A stretch of DNA of 64,000 nucleotides from a bacterium. GTDB lineage: Bacteria > Patescibacteriota > Microgenomatia > Curtissbacterales > GWA2-41-24. The stretch covers positions 11,424 to 75,423 of the forward strand of contig JAKALT010000002.1 of NCBI GenBank assembly GCA_021813125.1, in the 5' to 3' direction. The notes beneath the pieces are model-generated. The model was not told the origin of the DNA and did not search any database. It saw only the letters and a program-made list of their open reading frames with translations. The position numbers and the translations under genes are program-made. The stretch's first letter is position 1, and each line of letters begins with the position of its first letter. Shown piece after piece: positions 28,795 through 38,274 of this stretch.

Positions 28795-30052
28795 CTTTTT
28801 TTGTAGATTTTACTTTTGCGTTTATTAAACCGTCACGTAATTTTACCCCAATTGAGCTTTGCTGCTCAACGGCGGCAATTGTTTTTATTATTTGGCCATT
28901 TTGGTTGTAGGTAATGGAGTAACCTCTGTCGAGGGTATTTTGAGGAGAGAGGATTTGCAACGATTTATTAAGTGATGATTCATTGTTGTCTTTTGCTTGA
29001 ATTAAATAATAGATATTTTTAAACATTTGCTCCTTCAGGAGTGAAGTTTTCCCCTGGGCGTCGAAAAGTAAATGCTTCTTGTGTTTTTCCAAATAGCTTT
29101 CTGCTGTATTTAATCTGTGGGGCAAATCCCGAAAGGATACCTTTGCTTGACTGAGACGAAAATAAAATGAGTCTAATAATTGTTGACTTTCTGCAAACAA
29201 CCTTCTTAGTTTTGTGTTGAGATAAAACTCGACGTTTTCTAATTTTTCTTCAAGATTTATATAAGAGCTGACAATAATGTTTGCAGCGTCCGTAGGGGTC
29301 GATGCCCTGACGTCTGCTGCCAACTCCGCAAGGGTGACATTTATCTCGTGGCCGATTGCTACAACTGTTGGAGTTTTCATTTTTGCAATAGTTCTAACAA
29401 CAGATTCATCGTTAAAGACTTCAATTAAAGATTCTTCCTGGCCACCTCCTCGGGTAATAACAATAACGTCAAAACCTTTTTCGTCTGCGCGAGGCAACCG
29501 GTTTACAATTTGACTAATAGCCTTTCGGCCGCCAACTGTTATATCCATTGTGAAAAGCTCAATAAGGGGAAACTTATCAACGCTCATTGTCTTAAAATCG
29601 TGCCAGCCTGCCGAACCCATCGATGTTATTACACAAATTTTTTTTGGATACTTGGGAAGCTTTTGCTTTTTGCTTTCATCAAAAAGGCCTTCTTTTGAGA
29701 GTTTTTCATAAAGTTTTTGAAATTCCTGCTGCAGCACTCCGCCACCAGTGAGTTTTACTACGGCAATCTTAAATTTATATTCGTTTTTTTTAAATAGAGT
29801 TAAATTTCCGTAGGCTAATATTTTGTCGCCAACTTTCATTTCTGGCAGGTTGGCAAATCTAGTTGATTCTATAAAGCAGGGAAGGGTGCTATTTTCGTCT
29901 TTTAGAGTGATAAACGCATTGAACCATTTCGGGTCTTTTTGCACGGCAGATATTTCGCCTTCAACCCAAAAGATCATCTCCTCCAAAAGGAGCTTTGCAG
30001 ACTGATTAACCTCTGCAATTGAATAAATTTGGTTACCCTCTTGTATTTTCAT
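28787..30052 (-). CDS. xseA: exodeoxyribonuclease VII large subunit
   Basis: OB-fold N-terminus and VIVITRGGGQEESLIEVFNDE catalytic region. Confidence 0.9.
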   Translation of the reverse strand: MKIQEGNQIYSIAEVNQSAKLLLEEMIFWVEGEISAVQKDPKWFNAFITLKDENSTLPCFIESTRFANLPEMKVGDKILAYGNLTLFKKNEYKFKIAVVKLTGGGVLQQEFQKLYEKLSKEGLFDESKKQKLPKYPKKICVITSMGSAGWHDFKTMSVDKFPLIELFTMDITVGGRKAISQIVNRLPRADEKGFDVIVITRGGGQEESLIEVFNDESVVRTIAKMKTPTVVAIGHEINVTLAELAADVRASTPTDAANIIVSSYINLEEKLENVEFYLNTKLRRLFAESQQLLDSFYFRLSQAKVSFRDLPHRLNTAESYLEKHKKHLLFDAQGKTSLLKEQMFKNIYYLIQAKDNNESSLNKSLQILSPQNTLDRGYSITYNQNGQIIKTIAAVEQQSSIGVKLRDGLINAKVKSTKKDG

Positions 30053-30126
30053 GCATCAGCAAGTATAGCATTTAGCTTTATTTTGCTCCCTTGACAGCAT
30101 TGTTTTCAGGATGTATAAAATGTGTG

Positions 30127-30173
30127 CTTATCGCAAGATAGGCAACTCGAAAGGGCTTCTCGCAAGAGAGGCC
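30127..30173. promoter_or_regulatory. two tandem hairpins with GCAA (GNRA) loops sharing a TCGCAAGA core
   Basis: CTTATC-GCAA-GATAGG at 30127-30142 and GGCTTCTC-GCAA-GAGAGGCC at 30154-30173, followed by TTTTCTT. They lie in the intergenic region upstream of xseA and downstream of the 30185-30856 gene. Confidence 0.3.
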
Positions 30174-30184
30174 TTTTCTTATAT

Positions 30185-30856
30185 CTAAAAGTATTTCAGG
30201 CTAGAAATCATTTCTTCTAACACTTTTTCCGCTCCGGTAACATCTTCATTTGGGTTTAACTGCTGGTAATAGATAACAAGCGGCATTCTGCCATCGAAAA
30301 TTAGGTAGCTTCTTTTTACAAGCCCCAGGGGAACAAATCCGTTGCCAGTTGAGGTCGTGTCGATTATTTCAGTAGATCTTCCATTTATTTCCAAATTTTT
30401 TGTTGTTAAAACGTTTTGATAATCGTTTGGGTTCTCATAAAGCTTAACCGTTGCTTGCCAGTCTGCTGATGCAACGGGTACTACTGAAATAGGAACAATA
30501 TCATGTTCCAAATAGCCCGGCACAACAAACGAAAATGGTGCAAAAAAAGTGCACTCCTGATATTTGTTGTTATACGTAGTAAACCAATCTTTAGGATAAG
30601 AAATCTGGAAAGAGTAGGTCGTATTTGAGCAAAAATTCACGCTTGACGGAATAACAGATCCGCTCTGGGTATCGGTATAGGGTTGCGGTTTTTCAATTTG
30701 ATTACCGCTATCTATTTCTGTTCTGACTCCCTTTACCAGCGGAACATTTTTTGCGGACGAATATTTACCCAACATAAAAGCTGTCAAGCCATAGACACTA
30801 ATAACTCCAACAATAAGCGTTGCTTTTATGAGTGATTTAAATTTTTTTAACGTCAA
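30185..30856 (-). CDS. membrane-anchored hypothetical extracellular protein
   Basis: An N-terminal TM segment then a Ser/Thr/Asn-rich body. No recognised motif. Confidence 0.45.
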   Translation of the reverse strand: MTLKKFKSLIKATLIVGVISVYGLTAFMLGKYSSAKNVPLVKGVRTEIDSGNQIEKPQPYTDTQSGSVIPSSVNFCSNTTYSFQISYPKDWFTTYNNKYQECTFFAPFSFVVPGYLEHDIVPISVVPVASADWQATVKLYENPNDYQNVLTTKNLEINGRSTEIIDTTSTGNGFVPLGLVKRSYLIFDGRMPLVIYYQQLNPNEDVTGAEKVLEEMISSLKYF

Positions 30857-30913
30857 CCAACGATCCTTTCTGAAAGGAACTTTAGCTGCCCCATCATTAA
30901 GAAGGCTAAAGCC

Positions 30914-31162
30914 TTACTGTTGAGGAGTTTGTTCAGGTGCAGGTACTTCTGTTGGTAATCCCGGATCGCCTGCTGGCGGTGGGACAGGAAGACCTTGATC
31001 TGCATCTGATGGTGGTGCCGGAGGAACATCCATTCCACCCTCAGCTGGTTCTTCCGGAGCCGGAGTTGGTGTTGGTTCCGGAGCCGGAGGAGTTTGCGTT
31101 TGGCCGCCATCACCATCTGCCGGTGGCATAGGGTTTTGGCTGTTTTGGTCGTTAGGATCCAT
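30914..31162 (-). CDS. small proline-rich acidic low-complexity protein
   Basis: A strong SD (AAGGAGG) 8 nt upstream. Contains PAPEPTPTPAPEEP repeats. The overlapping alternative-frame ORF 30853-31116 is considered spurious. Confidence 0.4.
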   Translation of the reverse strand: MDPNDQNSQNPMPPADGDGGQTQTPPAPEPTPTPAPEEPAEGGMDVPPAPPSDADQGLPVPPPAGDPGLPTEVPAPEQTPQQ

Positions 31163-31224
31163 AAATTTAGCCTCCTTTATACAATTCTAACAAATTAGAT
31201 AGGTTAGTTGTAAAGGACTAAATT

Positions 31225-32271
31225 TCAACTTGTCATAAATGTTGATCTAAAATATTTCATAAGTGGCTGTATTGGACCCTTAGCACCTTCAAACTTGACA
31301 CTTTCGTCTTTGATTCTCGACTCAAGCGAATTAGCTTGAAATCTAACGGAAGCAAATCTGTCCAAGTTTTCATTGAGAACAAGAAGCTTTTCCTTTTCTG
31401 CAAGTAGATTTGCCGCGATTTCACTGTTTTTAGTTTTTGCATTTATGAGTTTTTGGTAAGCCTGCTCCAAGGGTTCAGCCTCGTCCGGCTTTTGTTCCTG
31501 TTTTAGCTTAAGGGTTGACGTTATGTCCGATGAAAGATTCACAAAGAGCTCAAGGTAGGCTACCTCGTCGTTATAGTAATCTTTAAAATCCGGTTGAGGA
31601 GAAAGCCTGGCAATATTTGTTAATGCATTCTGCGCTTTCGCTTTTTTATCTTCATAATAAGCCAATACTTTTTGAGGATCTTTAGACTTCCAAACCGAAT
31701 CGTCCGATAGGATCGGTAAATAGAAATCCGAACCCAGTGCAAGCAGCATATCTTTAAAAAACTGATGGTTTTTTTCTGTTTGTCCCAATAATTCTTCCGA
31801 CTGGCTGTAGTAGTTAATTAAGTCACGCGTCAGATTTTGAAATACAGGCGGGACGGCCTCTTTTTGCAGCATACTTTTCTGAAACTGGACGTTTTGTTTT
31901 GTAAGACGTATTTTCTCAAGAAGTTTTTGTTTGTCCGCAAGGTCTACGAAGAAGCCTTCTTGCGCATTCTGGTTGTTTTGTAAATTGTCGATGACTGACA
32001 CTTTCTCTCCCGCAACTTGAAAAGTACTAAGAACGTCATTCAGTGACTGTTTGGTAGATATAAAGCCAACCGATGTTGTTTGAATAAAGTCGGCAGCGGC
32101 TATTTGAGGTTGTATGGTTTTTGTGTAGTAAAAAAATGCGGCACTTAGCAGGCCTGTTATGGTAAACATACCGATAAATGTTGCCAGAACCAGGCTCCTT
32201 ACAACTTTTTTTTGGGTAGTATTAGGACCGCTGAGGAAATCAAGATACTCTCTATATGACAATTGCGGCAT
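31225..32271 (-). CDS. membrane-anchored hypothetical protein
   Basis: A single N-terminal TM segment and a coiled-coil-like body. Confidence 0.45.
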   Translation of the reverse strand: MPQLSYREYLDFLSGPNTTQKKVVRSLVLATFIGMFTITGLLSAAFFYYTKTIQPQIAAADFIQTTSVGFISTKQSLNDVLSTFQVAGEKVSVIDNLQNNQNAQEGFFVDLADKQKLLEKIRLTKQNVQFQKSMLQKEAVPPVFQNLTRDLINYYSQSEELLGQTEKNHQFFKDMLLALGSDFYLPILSDDSVWKSKDPQKVLAYYEDKKAKAQNALTNIARLSPQPDFKDYYNDEVAYLELFVNLSSDITSTLKLKQEQKPDEAEPLEQAYQKLINAKTKNSEIAANLLAEKEKLLVLNENLDRFASVRFQANSLESRIKDESVKFEGAKGPIQPLMKYFRSTFMTS

Positions 32272-32297
32272 GCCTTTAACTTTATTCTAAGTCAAAG

Positions 32298-32993
32298 TTA
32301 TCTTCTTTGCCACACAAAATATACTGCTGTTAAAAAGCCGACAAGAAAACCCCCTGCGTGAGCTGAATAGGCTATACCGTCAAACGTACCAGTTTGAGCT
32401 ATAGACGAAAAGCTTGAAAATGCCTGAATTAAGAACCAGTAAATCAGCATGAATACGGCCGGAACGCCAATAATTAAGGGCAAAAAGAAAACGGGTATTA
32501 ATGTATCAACTTTGTTGCGCGGGAAAAACTTTAAATAAGCGCCTAAAATTCCGGCTATTGCGCCTGATGCTCCGATCATGGGAAGGTTTGAGCTTGTTAT
32601 AAAAACGTATTGAATTAACGCTGCAAAAATGCCGCAGAAGAGGTAAAAAATTAAATATTTAATGTGTCCGATTTTGGCTTCAACGTTGTCCCCAAAAATC
32701 CACAAAAACCACATGTTTGAGATTATGTGCAAAAATCCTGCATGCAAAAACATCGATGTGACAAACGGTGATAAAGTATTTATGTCTGCAAAGTTGATAT
32801 TTGCCGGAATTAGTGCGTACTTTGCTATAAAACCCTCTAAACTTGCGCTTGTCAGCTCAAGATAAAAAACGTAGATATTTGCAGTTATTATGACCAGATT
32901 TACGAACGGAAATTTATTGGAATTTTTGGTATCTCTAATTGGAAACATGCTTCTGTAATAAGTTAGGATACTAGGAACCTTTGTTTTTGACAA
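32298..32993 (-). CDS. rhomboid-family intramembrane serine protease
   Basis: GASGAIAGILGAY (GxSG) and AHAGGFLVGF (His) in a polytopic protein. Confidence 0.8.
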   Translation of the reverse strand: MSKTKVPSILTYYRSMFPIRDTKNSNKFPFVNLVIITANIYVFYLELTSASLEGFIAKYALIPANINFADINTLSPFVTSMFLHAGFLHIISNMWFLWIFGDNVEAKIGHIKYLIFYLFCGIFAALIQYVFITSSNLPMIGASGAIAGILGAYLKFFPRNKVDTLIPVFFLPLIIGVPAVFMLIYWFLIQAFSSFSSIAQTGTFDGIAYSAHAGGFLVGFLTAVYFVWQRR

Positions 32994-33040
32994 ATGAATG
33001 TTTGATTTTTTAAAAAAGTGATATTATAATTGCGGCCAAG

Positions 33041-33289
33041 ATGGCTAATCCTGAAGTTCCTGGTCCAGATTCAGCTGAACTGCGAAAATTGACTGACGAA
33101 GAGTTTGTAGAAAGAGAATGTGGGCCCGGATGGCACAAACAGCCTGGGGCAATGTATATACATGGCCGAAATGCTGACGTCGAAGTAACATTTTGGTCAA
33201 GAGAAGGCAGCAGGCAAGTTCGTATGCTCACAAAGGGTTTGCCAAAAGGTTCCGTTCCTCGTGAAGAGTTTGCTTTCCTAAGATCTTAA
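33041..33289 (+). CDS. hypothetical small protein
   Basis: 82 aa with a promoter-like TTGACA ... TATTATAAT upstream. No recognisable motifs. Confidence 0.35.
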   Translation: MANPEVPGPDSAELRKLTDEEFVERECGPGWHKQPGAMYIHGRNADVEVTFWSREGSRQVRMLTKGLPKGSVPREEFAFLRS

Positions 33290-33320
33290 TCTCTGAACAT
33301 TCTATTCTTTATGCACTGAT

Positions 33321-33614
33321 TTGGTTTATACCAATATTGACATTCGGGTTTTATTTGGGTATAAAGGAGGTATGGATACTGATGTTGATGACAGGGTAAA
33401 AGTTTGGGCTTTTTTCGATTCCAGTATATTTCCTATTGCCATGAATTGGCGAAGACGCTATATAAAATTTGAGAGGGTGATTTTGACAACAGTAAAGAAG
33501 GTTGGGGGCGTTCGGCTGGTTGATTTTGTTTGTGCAGGGGAAGGTGCTAATTACAAGATTGAATACAATACTTCCGATTATTCATGGAAGGTAAAAAGGG
33601 TGATGGATAAGTAA
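33321..33614 (+). CDS. hypothetical small protein
   Basis: 97 aa, co-directional and 31 nt downstream of the previous ORF. Confidence 0.35.
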   Translation: MVYTNIDIRVLFGYKGGMDTDVDDRVKVWAFFDSSIFPIAMNWRRRYIKFERVILTTVKKVGGVRLVDFVCAGEGANYKIEYNTSDYSWKVKRVMDK

Positions 33615-33696
33615 ACGTCTATGGCTAATCGATTATAAGAGAGCTTGTTTCTCGCTAACTCGAGATAGACAATCGATAACAAAAAACCCTTAGCTT

Positions 33697-33748
33697 AAGG
33701 CCAGACCTTTTGCGGACGTAACATCTGGACTTAAGGTCTGGCCTTTTT
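33697..33748 (+). terminator. hairpin AAGGCCAGACC-(27 nt)-GGTCTGGCCTT followed by a T-run; copy A of a recurrent palindromic element
   Basis: An 11-bp perfect stem followed by TTTTT at 33744-33748. It lies between the small ORFs and dinB. Confidence 0.45.
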
Positions 33749-33772
33749 GCCTTGTCGCTTGTTAGGTGTTAC

Positions 33773-35071
33773 ATGTCAAATGTTAATAGTCGAATTATCA
33801 TCCACGCCGATTTAAACAGTTTTTTTGCAACCGCCGAACAGCAGGCAAATCCCGCTTTGCGCACTAAGCCCGTAGGTGTAGTTAAAGCCCGTGGTAGGAG
33901 TTGCATTATCGCAGCTTCGGTGGAAGCTAAAAAATATGGGGTGGGCACGGGAAGCCGTACATATGATGCCAAAAAACTTTGCCCCGATATTATTCTGGTC
34001 CCTGCGGATTTTGCAAAGTATGAGTATATAAGCCGCAGGTTTATCGAAATTTGCGCAAGCTATTCCCCGCTTTGTGAAGCTTTTTCGCTCGATGAGTGTT
34101 TTATAGATGTTACCGAAACTGAAAAATTTTGGGGCAATGCTTTTAATATTGCTTTTGATATTAAAGAGAGACTAAGAAAGGAAGTTGGCGACTATATGAC
34201 TTGTTCCGTCGGAATTTCCCACAACAGATTACTTGCAAAATTGGCTTCGGAGCAGATTAAGCCTGACGGGCTTTTCTGGATAACAGAAGATAACATGCTT
34301 GAGGTTTTGGACAGGTCGAAACTGACTGATGTTTGCGGCTTAGGATTCGGGCTTTGGCGTCGTTTGGCTTTACTTGGGATTGACTCCTTTTCCGATTTGC
34401 GGGCTTGTAAGATAGAGTTTCTCTACAAACACTTCGGGCCCTTTTGGTCGGTTCACCTTTACAATACAGCCCGAGGTATAGATGAGTCTGCGGTCGTGCC
34501 GATTGAAAAAATACCGCAAGCCAAATCGGTTGGCAGAACGTATACAACACATCGCTTACTGAACAACAAGCTTGAGATTTATAAAGTACTGCGCAATTTA
34601 TGTGAAGAGGCAGCCGAAAAAGCCAGGGCAATGAAACTTTGCGGGCGATATGTAGCATTTTGTCTTCGGACTTCGCCAAGATCTTGGTCTGCCAAAGATC
34701 AAAACAGCGGTGAAGCCAGGTCGTGGTATGGACATAAAACATTGGCAAGATACATTGACAGCGGCCGGGAACTTTTTGGCGTTTGCCAGCAAATTGGTGC
34801 GGAGTGGCAGTTAAAAGACGTGATTTTTTGCGGTGTTACTCTTGGAATGCTTACCCGAAGCGACTGGCAAACTATTCCAATTTTTAAAGCAGACAGAAAA
34901 CGTGCGTGTTTGACCTCATCAGTAGATTTTATTAACAAACGCTACGGCAATTACACGGTTTTTCCGGGACAGCTCTTGGGAATGCCTATTGTGATGCCGG
35001 AAGTGACTGGTTTTTTTGGGGACCGCAAATACCGCCTGGCTGATTTTAAAGTGACTGACTCCCCCGTTTGA
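33773..35071 (+). CDS. dinB: DNA polymerase IV (Y-family translesion polymerase)
   Basis: IIIHADLNSFFATAEQQANPALRTKPVGVV, a Y-family palm N-terminus. I prefer the ATG at 33773, which has AGGTG 4 nt upstream, over the track's TTG at 33752. Confidence 0.85.
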   Translation: MSNVNSRIIIHADLNSFFATAEQQANPALRTKPVGVVKARGRSCIIAASVEAKKYGVGTGSRTYDAKKLCPDIILVPADFAKYEYISRRFIEICASYSPLCEAFSLDECFIDVTETEKFWGNAFNIAFDIKERLRKEVGDYMTCSVGISHNRLLAKLASEQIKPDGLFWITEDNMLEVLDRSKLTDVCGLGFGLWRRLALLGIDSFSDLRACKIEFLYKHFGPFWSVHLYNTARGIDESAVVPIEKIPQAKSVGRTYTTHRLLNNKLEIYKVLRNLCEEAAEKARAMKLCGRYVAFCLRTSPRSWSAKDQNSGEARSWYGHKTLARYIDSGRELFGVCQQIGAEWQLKDVIFCGVTLGMLTRSDWQTIPIFKADRKRACLTSSVDFINKRYGNYTVFPGQLLGMPIVMPEVTGFFGDRKYRLADFKVTDSPV

Positions 35072-35203
35072 CATTTTTGTGAATTTGAGCAAATAATAGG
35101 TTGAGGTCAACAAACTGATTCATTGAATTAGGGCAGTTGGCTTATAATGTTTGTGTTTCGGCTTAATAAGTGCTATAATTTAGGTTTCTAAGACGAGGTT
35201 TGT

Positions 35204-35596
35204 ATGGTTGTAGAGGCGGTTGAAAGAAGATTAATAGGTGCAGGCAAGGCTGAAGTTGAAGCCGGCCAGGTTGTATTTAATCCTGAACACCGCGAAGATA
35301 ATTTAGAAAGGCTAATTAAACAGCTTGGTGTCAGGTTTGTAAATTTAGATGACCCGGATTATTCTTTCCCACTTTCGAATTTAAGCCTTCCCCAAGATGC
35401 AAAGATGGCTCTTCAGAATGTTGGGTCTCAAATCAGGAGAATTGAAAATTTTAAACGAAGCGTTAGCAGGCGAGAGGTTGAAGTAGCACATCAAGGTCTT
35501 CGTCGTTATATGATTCTGAAAATGCCGCTAATCCGGCCTTACTTATCTAGGGTCTTGGCATATAATTTAGAGGGCGCAGAATATGCTGCGGCTTAA
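35204..35596 (+). CDS. hypothetical protein
   Basis: 130 aa, no recognised motif. Confidence 0.35.
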   Translation: MVVEAVERRLIGAGKAEVEAGQVVFNPEHREDNLERLIKQLGVRFVNLDDPDYSFPLSNLSLPQDAKMALQNVGSQIRRIENFKRSVSRREVEVAHQGLRRYMILKMPLIRPYLSRVLAYNLEGAEYAAA

Positions 35597-35613
35597 TTGG
35601 CAATAGTCTTGTC

Positions 35614-37104
35614 TCAGATTGATTTTTTCAATTTTAGTTTGTACCAGATAAAGTTTTCATCTTCGTAGCGTAAGTATTTGTCGTCTAATATTTGCTTTGC
35701 CTTTTGATCTAGCGGGTCGTGATCTTTTGGGCGTATTACCAAAAAATATAATGAGTCAAAATTGCGAGGTAGGCTTTCGCCATAAGCAATGTTTCTGTCT
35801 GCATAATAGCCTATAAATACCTCCTGGAATTCTTTATAGGAATTTGAGGTTATGAAGCTAACTGCACTGGATGGGGATTCCTTATTTATCAGCCTGCCTG
35901 CCAGAAAACCTCTTTTATTGGTATCTGTTGCAATCAGAGCTTTTGTAAATTTTAACTGGCTTAAAAATGCAAAATTTAAAATAGCGATTAATACAACCGG
36001 AAAGACTAGTGACTTTTGGAATCTTGCTAAAATTTTGAACGTAATATAAGAAAACGCCAAAACCATAAATGGCGAAAGATAGTAGATCATAAAATCGTGA
36101 ATAAAAGAAAGTTGGGAAAACACAACAAGCTGCAAAAGCCCGTAAACTAACAACGATAATATTGATGCCTCGGCAAAATTAAATTTTTGCTTTCTGAATA
36201 TGAAGCGACAGGCTAAGTAAAAAAGGAAACCAACTGCAGCTATAAAAACAGGCGGCGTATAGTAAACTTTTGCGAGAAGAATTTCTTGTTTGAGATATTT
36301 TATAAGCGTAAACCCATATAAGTCAGAGGTTAAATAAGGGTTTATTCTCGACAAAACGTTGCTAAAAACGTCACCCGTTAATCCCCTTTGGAGCAAACGG
36401 ACATGAACAAGCTGAATGGCAAACGTAATTAAAGAAATAGGAATTAGAAGAAGTATTTTTTTCTTAAAGAAATTGGGTGTTTTGTATATAATTTGTAAAA
36501 ATAATAAAGCTACAACAAGATAATAAGCACTCCAATTGATTAGGCCTCCAAAAATAATTGCGGCAATTAAAAGTAAATAGTACTTACTGTCTTTAGTTTT
36601 AAAATACCGTAGGTACGCCCAAAAACCTGCCATGGAAACAGACGGCACAACAACATCATGTACTGGGAGCTTTCCAAAATAAGCAAATATTGGTGTTATA
36701 ACAAGGGCTAGTGAGGCATACAAGCCCATCAGAGGTGAATGTAATTCTCTGCCTATTTTATAAATTAAAAACAAGAGCAATAATGAAAAAAATACAATAG
36801 TTAAACGCGCTGATGATTCCGATTCACCTAAGAGGCGAAAGGACAAGCTAATCATTATTGGCAATCCTGGTGGGTAATGCGTAATGTATCCAAAATTTTC
36901 GGGCTTTTGGTAATCTACATTTAGTACCTGGCCGAATTTTGTAGTTAAAAACCCATAACGGTTATAGTTTCTTGCAACATTGCTATATTGAATGCCGATC
37001 CAATCGTGATGGCCCCAAAAAGGCTTATCGATTTTTATTGTTAGAAGCCAGAATGCGAATACCAAAACTAGTGAAACCAGAAGCAAACCTGGTAAGTTTT
37101 TCAT
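35614..37104 (-). CDS. polytopic membrane glycosyltransferase, family 39 (ArnT/PMT-like)
   Basis: 496 aa with many TM segments. The N-terminal FWGHHDWIGIQYSNVARNY region is typical of GT39/GT83 enzymes. Confidence 0.45.
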   Translation of the reverse strand: MKNLPGLLLVSLVLVFAFWLLTIKIDKPFWGHHDWIGIQYSNVARNYNRYGFLTTKFGQVLNVDYQKPENFGYITHYPPGLPIMISLSFRLLGESESSARLTIVFFSLLLLFLIYKIGRELHSPLMGLYASLALVITPIFAYFGKLPVHDVVVPSVSMAGFWAYLRYFKTKDSKYYLLLIAAIIFGGLINWSAYYLVVALLFLQIIYKTPNFFKKKILLLIPISLITFAIQLVHVRLLQRGLTGDVFSNVLSRINPYLTSDLYGFTLIKYLKQEILLAKVYYTPPVFIAAVGFLFYLACRFIFRKQKFNFAEASILSLLVYGLLQLVVFSQLSFIHDFMIYYLSPFMVLAFSYITFKILARFQKSLVFPVVLIAILNFAFLSQLKFTKALIATDTNKRGFLAGRLINKESPSSAVSFITSNSYKEFQEVFIGYYADRNIAYGESLPRNFDSLYFLVIRPKDHDPLDQKAKQILDDKYLRYEDENFIWYKLKLKKSI

Positions 37105-38057
37105 TCGGTGAAGACTTGGGTTATCATTTCTCCATAAGCACCACCGTTTATGGCGCCCACTCCGATTTTATGAAACGCCGGATCCAAAATGTTTCGCCTG
37201 TGACCCTCACTTGCCATGAGGCCCTGGTGGGCCGTTTGTAAATTTGGAGCCAGTGCAAGATTTTCCCCTGCATAAGTATAAGCTATACCTGCCTCGCTTA
37301 GGCGATCGCCAACATCCTTACCTTCCGGTGAATAATGGGAAAAATAACCGCGCGTGAACATATCCTTGCTATGGGCGCGCGCAACATCCGCCAGGGAGTT
37401 GTTCCACGCAAGCGGTGCAACACCTACTTTTGCTCTCTCACTATTTACCAGTTTTAGCATTTCCTGTTCGTCCGTGTAATTTACTGTCAGCTGGTCCTGT
37501 TTAAAATGTAAATCGACCGAACCTTTTTCTTCAGGATTGACAGTTAAAAAAGTCAGTCCTTGTTTTGTAATTGGCCCAAATACTTTGTCCAGAGGACGTT
37601 CCAGGGTCATGGCTTTGCCAATAAGAACTGAGCCAATTTTTGATTTAAAGATATCGTTTTTTATGTCCGGTCTTGCGGGAAGCGAAACAAAAAGAAGTAA
37701 TATAAATGAAATAAAAAGCAGGGCATTTATGATGGAGGGCAAAAAGCCTAAATACAGATTTAGCTTGTTAGCTTCAAATCTCTGCAGATACTTTAAGAGA
37801 AAACCGTTTAATACGGCAGAAAAAAGAATTTCGACTAGAACCCAAATTATTAAAAAGCCAACTGGCGCAGCTACAATTGGTGCCAAATTGAAGCCTTTGG
37901 TCAACAAGTTTCCTACAGATGAATAAAAAAGGAGAGCGGTAACGAGGGAAAGTGCGAATCCGAGAATATTTATCGCCTGGTTCAAAAATCCCTGGCCCTG
38001 GCCTTCGATTGCGAATGCCAAAAGCACTAAGATGATTACGAGGTCTATGCAGTTCAT
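37101..38057 (-). CDS. CvpA-like membrane domain fused to a CAP/SCP/PR-1 domain
   Basis: A TM-rich N-terminus and a C-terminal CAP signature: GYFSHYSPEG...GENLA...GHRRNILDPAFHKIGVG. Confidence 0.6.
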   Translation of the reverse strand: MNCIDLVIILVLLAFAIEGQGQGFLNQAINILGFALSLVTALLFYSSVGNLLTKGFNLAPIVAAPVGFLIIWVLVEILFSAVLNGFLLKYLQRFEANKLNLYLGFLPSIINALLFISFILLLFVSLPARPDIKNDIFKSKIGSVLIGKAMTLERPLDKVFGPITKQGLTFLTVNPEEKGSVDLHFKQDQLTVNYTDEQEMLKLVNSERAKVGVAPLAWNNSLADVARAHSKDMFTRGYFSHYSPEGKDVGDRLSEAGIAYTYAGENLALAPNLQTAHQGLMASEGHRRNILDPAFHKIGVGAINGGAYGEMITQVFTE

Positions 38058-38144
38058 AATGTTTGCTCCTGTAATTTTACTCTTTGGTTTGGTTGATGAT
38101 CAATGTTACTTTGGATATAATATCAGTCACGATTATTCTCGTTT

Positions 38145-38216
38145 GGCCCGCTAGCTCAATGGTAGAGCAGTTGCCTTTTAAGCAATTGGTTACAGGTTCG
38201 AATCCTGTGCGGGTCA
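38145..38216 (+). tRNA. tRNA-Lys (anticodon TTT)
   Basis: Acceptor GGCCCGC/GCGGGTC, anticodon stem GTTGC/GCAAT, loop CTTTTAA, T-arm ACAGG-TTCGAAT-CCTGT. Confidence 0.8.
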
Positions 38217-38274
38217 CAAATTGATAGTTTGATATGAAGATCTTGAAGCTAACGGCTAAGCAATTTTATATTTA

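Noticed and set aside
30853-31116. 87-aa alternative-frame ORF over the proline-rich region
   Set aside because: The overlapping frame 30914-31162 has the strong SD. This ORF is a by-product of the GC-rich repeat.
33752-33772. TTG start proposed by the track for dinB
   Set aside because: The ATG at 33773 with AGGTG 4 nt upstream fits Y-family N-termini (MSNVNSRIIIHADLNSFF) better. The TTG start would also sit inside the terminator hairpin.
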